Assembly: GCA_032718475.1 (NCBI GenBank)
Contig: JAUCBJ010000476.1
Location: forward strand, 1-64,000
DNA: 64,000 nt
DNA from: Nemertoderma westbladi
Taxonomy: Eukaryota; Animalia; Xenacoelomorpha
Reading direction: 5' to 3'
Position numbers and translations under genes: made by a program. Of this stretch, positions 61,001 to 64,000 are shown piece by piece (the first letter of the stretch is position 1; each line of letters opens with the position of its first letter). The notes beneath the pieces were generated by a model. The model had not been told where the DNA came from. It ran no database searches and saw only the letters and a program-made list of their open reading frames with translations.

Positions 61001-61522
61001 CGTCGGAGGTTATCGATCTCGAGTTTGTATTCCAATTCTCCGGTACCGATAGCGGGTTCAGTGGGCTCGGACATCCAGTCTGCGTCGTCGCCTGTGTTGT
61101 CCCCGCTGACCGATTGTGTGGGTTCACCCTGATGAGACATTGTGAGTTTTCGCGATCAGTAAACCTGTAGATTGCTGTATAGACGTTTAACATACATACT
61201 GCGCCATGTTGTGAGATGATAAGGTGGGGAAATATCAAGGTGTATTTCGTACCACTACGCTCAGATTAAGTTTATTTTATGATAACAAGATAATTAATAA
61301 TAACGTAGGTTGTTAGACGTCAGTATCAGTATGGTAATACTGGTACTATGAGTAATAATAAAAAATAGGAAAATATAAGTAATATGGTACTGACATGCAG
61401 CAGTACAGCAGAAAAGTGTTAATACCGCGGTACAGCAGAAATGTTACCGAATATGAAAGTATGTTAATGAGATAGATAGTCTATAGGCTACGTGTATGGC
61501 AATTAGTAATGATATCATCACA
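58062..61522 (-). mobile_element. Gypsy (Mag-like) LTR retrotransposon, 3'-truncated, pseudogenised
   Basis: 5' LTR about 61207..61522, PBS TGGCGCAG, double CCHC knuckle, PDGGA protease, RT (RLCVD, DAASGYWQ, LVDD) with an in-frame TGA at 58991-58993, RNase [11 protein letters not shown]; cut off before integrase. Confidence 0.9.
61207..61522 (-). repeat. 5' LTR of the Gypsy element (single LTR only)
   Basis: + strand TGTTGTGAGAT...ATATCATCACA imperfect terminal inverted repeat next to the PBS at 61199-61206. Confidence 0.7.
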
Positions 61523-64000
61523 TACAGTATATAGTAAAATGTCACCTTTCGCTTTCACGTCTGTATATCAATGACATGCAGATAATATCACCAGTAGTTC
61601 TATGGGTGATTTACGATATTTCAACCTTACAATTTGCTTACTTAGTTGTGTTACTGTTACTAAATTGCCTCAAATTAGGGCTTATGGCTCTCTTATCTCA
61701 CTCTCTGAACTTGGTTGATTACAAGCATTTGCAAGCTGCCTGTTTTGTTTAACATTTATTTCACAATAAATATTTTATTTTCCAGAGATTTTCTTATCTA
61801 ATTTCCCCTGAAAGGGAACACGAGATGATATGTAAACATGGCTATGTGCGTCAGTATCAATTAAGTCACTGGACGGCGCTAGGGGGTCAGCCAATGAAAC
61901 ACGTTCACATAACAACCCAAGACCAACCTCTTATAGTGAGCAGTAGTTATCCGCATACTACAGAAGCACTACCTTCCTAACTAACTATTACTTTAAGTAG
62001 TAGTTGATAAACATTTAATCATTTAATGATAAATATTTAAACATTTAATGATAAACATATGTAAACATTTAACGATAAACATTTAATGATAAACATTTAA
62101 ATATTTAATGATAAACATGTAAACATTTAATGATAAACATGTAAACATTTAATGATAAACATATGTAAACATTTAACGGTAAACATTTAATGATAAACAT
62201 GTAAACATTTAATGATAAACATATATAAACATTTAACGATAAACATTTAATGATAAACATTTAAACATTGAATGATAAACATTTAACGATAAACATTTAC
62301 ATATTTAACGATAAATATTTACACTTTTAACGATGAACATTAATCGATAAACATTTACCGATAAATATTTACCGATAAACATTTAACGATAAACATTTAA
62401 CGATAAACATTTAACGATAAACATTTAACGATAAACATTTAAACATTTAACGATAAACATTTATCAATAAACATTTAACGATAAACATTTAAACATTTAA
62501 CAATAAACATTTAAACATTTAACGATAAACATTTAAACATTTAACAATAAACATTTAAACATTTATCAATAAACATTTAAACAGTTAGCCATAAACATTT
62601 AAACATTTAACGATAAACATTATATTTAACGATAAACATTTAAACATTTAACGATAAAGATTTAAATATTTAACAATAAACATTTAAACATTTAACGATA
62701 AACATTTAACGATATACATTTAAACATTTAACAATAAACATTTAACGGTAAACATTTAAACATTTCAACATTTAACGATAAACATTTAACGATAAACATT
62801 TCAACATTTAACAATAAACATTTCAACATTTAACGATAAACATTTCATCATTTAACGATAAACATTTAACGAAAAACATGTGAACATTTAATTATAAACA
62901 TTTAAACATTGAACGATAAACATTTAAACATTTAATGATAAACATTTAAATATTTAACGATAAACATTTCAACATTTAACGATAAACATTTAAACATTTA
63001 ATGATAAACATTTAAACATTTAACGATAAACATTTAATTTATCGATATATAAACATTCAAACATTTAGCGATAAACATTTAATTTATCGATATAAAAGCA
63101 TCCAAACCTTTATCGATAAACATTTAACGATAAACATTCAAACATTTAATGATAAACATTTAAACATTTAACGATAAACATTTAAACATTTAACGATGAT
63201 AAACATTTAAAAATTTAATTAATGAATTGGAGAATCATTTAAGCTCGTTAAGCCAAGGAATGCCAGTTCACCACCATGGGTGATCTTCCACAGTAAACCC
63301 TTCCACCTTGTTTTCCAAGGTACCTTGGTTCCCATTTATGAATTTAATTTAATTACGCCTGGTATGGCACAGTAAAATATATATAAACAATAAAACAATA
63401 TATAATTGAAATTCAAATTCATAATATAAATAAATTAATTCATTAAAATGGTATGTGTCTAGCATATTATTCAGTCGGAGGCGGCCCACACTCTGATTGG
63501 CTGGGCGTTGTGTGGGCAGTTTAGTAGGTGGTACAAGGGGGCAACGTTATCACAAAGATTACAGCGGCACGAGGCACAAGGGGAGTGAAAGCCCTGAGTT
63601 TTGCAGATTTTATGGTGAAAACCGTGTATAGACACTCTCGTAGTTACGTGACGCAATTTATTCATAGCAACGGTCCACCCTCGCGACTGTATAAATGGTT
63701 CCCATTTATCGACCAGTTAAGGATGAAAGCCAAGGATGAGCTAGGCTGCATCATTTTATCATTTAACTATGAACATTGAGACATTTAATGATAAGCATTT
63801 AAACATCTAACAATAACCATTTAACATTTAATGATTTTATCGATAAAATTTAAAGATTTAACGATAAATAAACATTTAACGATAATGATTTAAAGATTTA
63901 ACGATAATGATTTAAAGATTTAACGATAAACATATAAAGATTTTATTAATAAAATAATTATAAAATATTGCAGGATGCAATAACTGAACTGAATATGATA
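61523..64000 (-). repeat. Right arm of the large inverted duplication (runs off the window)
   Basis: Reverse complement of 33574..37358, lacking the RTE insertion and carrying its own LINE insertion. Confidence 0.9.
63340..63695 (-). mobile_element. Short 5'-truncated non-LTR retrotransposon insertion
   Basis: 14-bp TSD TGGTTCCCATTTAT (63326-63339 and 63696-63709), absent from the left duplicate; C-terminal Cys/His ORF end (CRCNLC...HLLNCP) and (AAATT)n-like tail. Confidence 0.75.

Noticed and set aside
33574-64000. Polinton/Maverick or giant DNA transposon defined by the inverted arms
   Set aside because: No DNA polymerase B, capsid, packaging ATPase or DDE transposase between the arms, and the outer terminus and TSD are not visible. 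Retained only as an inverted duplication.

Overview
AT-rich, repeat-dense genomic DNA from an animal, most likely a marine invertebrate (GT-AG introns, LINEs, SINEs, MITEs). Host genes: WDR41 (minus, 2 exons), KLHL10 (plus, 11 exons, about 625 aa), an intronless class B (secretin-family) GPCR with no apparent ectodomain, four 3' exons of a NET/DAT-like SLC6 transporter, and an intronless V-ATPase c'' subunit (ATP6V0B). Mobile DNA: a full-length BEL/Pao LTR element with apparently identical 691-bp LTRs and a 5-bp TSD, a Pol-less BEL/Pao derivative with mismatched LTRs inserted in a truncated Gypsy element, RTE/L2/CR1/CRE-type LINE fragments, tRNA-SINEs, piggyBac/Kolobok/Harbinger-type MITEs, minisatellites, and a large inverted duplication (about 33.6-37.4 kb vs 61.5-64 kb). 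Top candidates for novelty: (1) a Penelope-like array of ~720-bp repeats in KLHL10 intron 2 in which every unit carries a hammerhead ribozyme core with its three strands in a non-circularly permuted (pseudoknotted) order; (2) both BEL/Pao elements lack a tRNA PBS and instead have a PBS complementary to a CAGT-initiated sequence inside their own 5' LTR, suggesting Tf1-style self-priming; (3) both BEL elements carry arrays of small N5-loop hairpins upstream of the PPT. All calls were made by eye; no searches were run.
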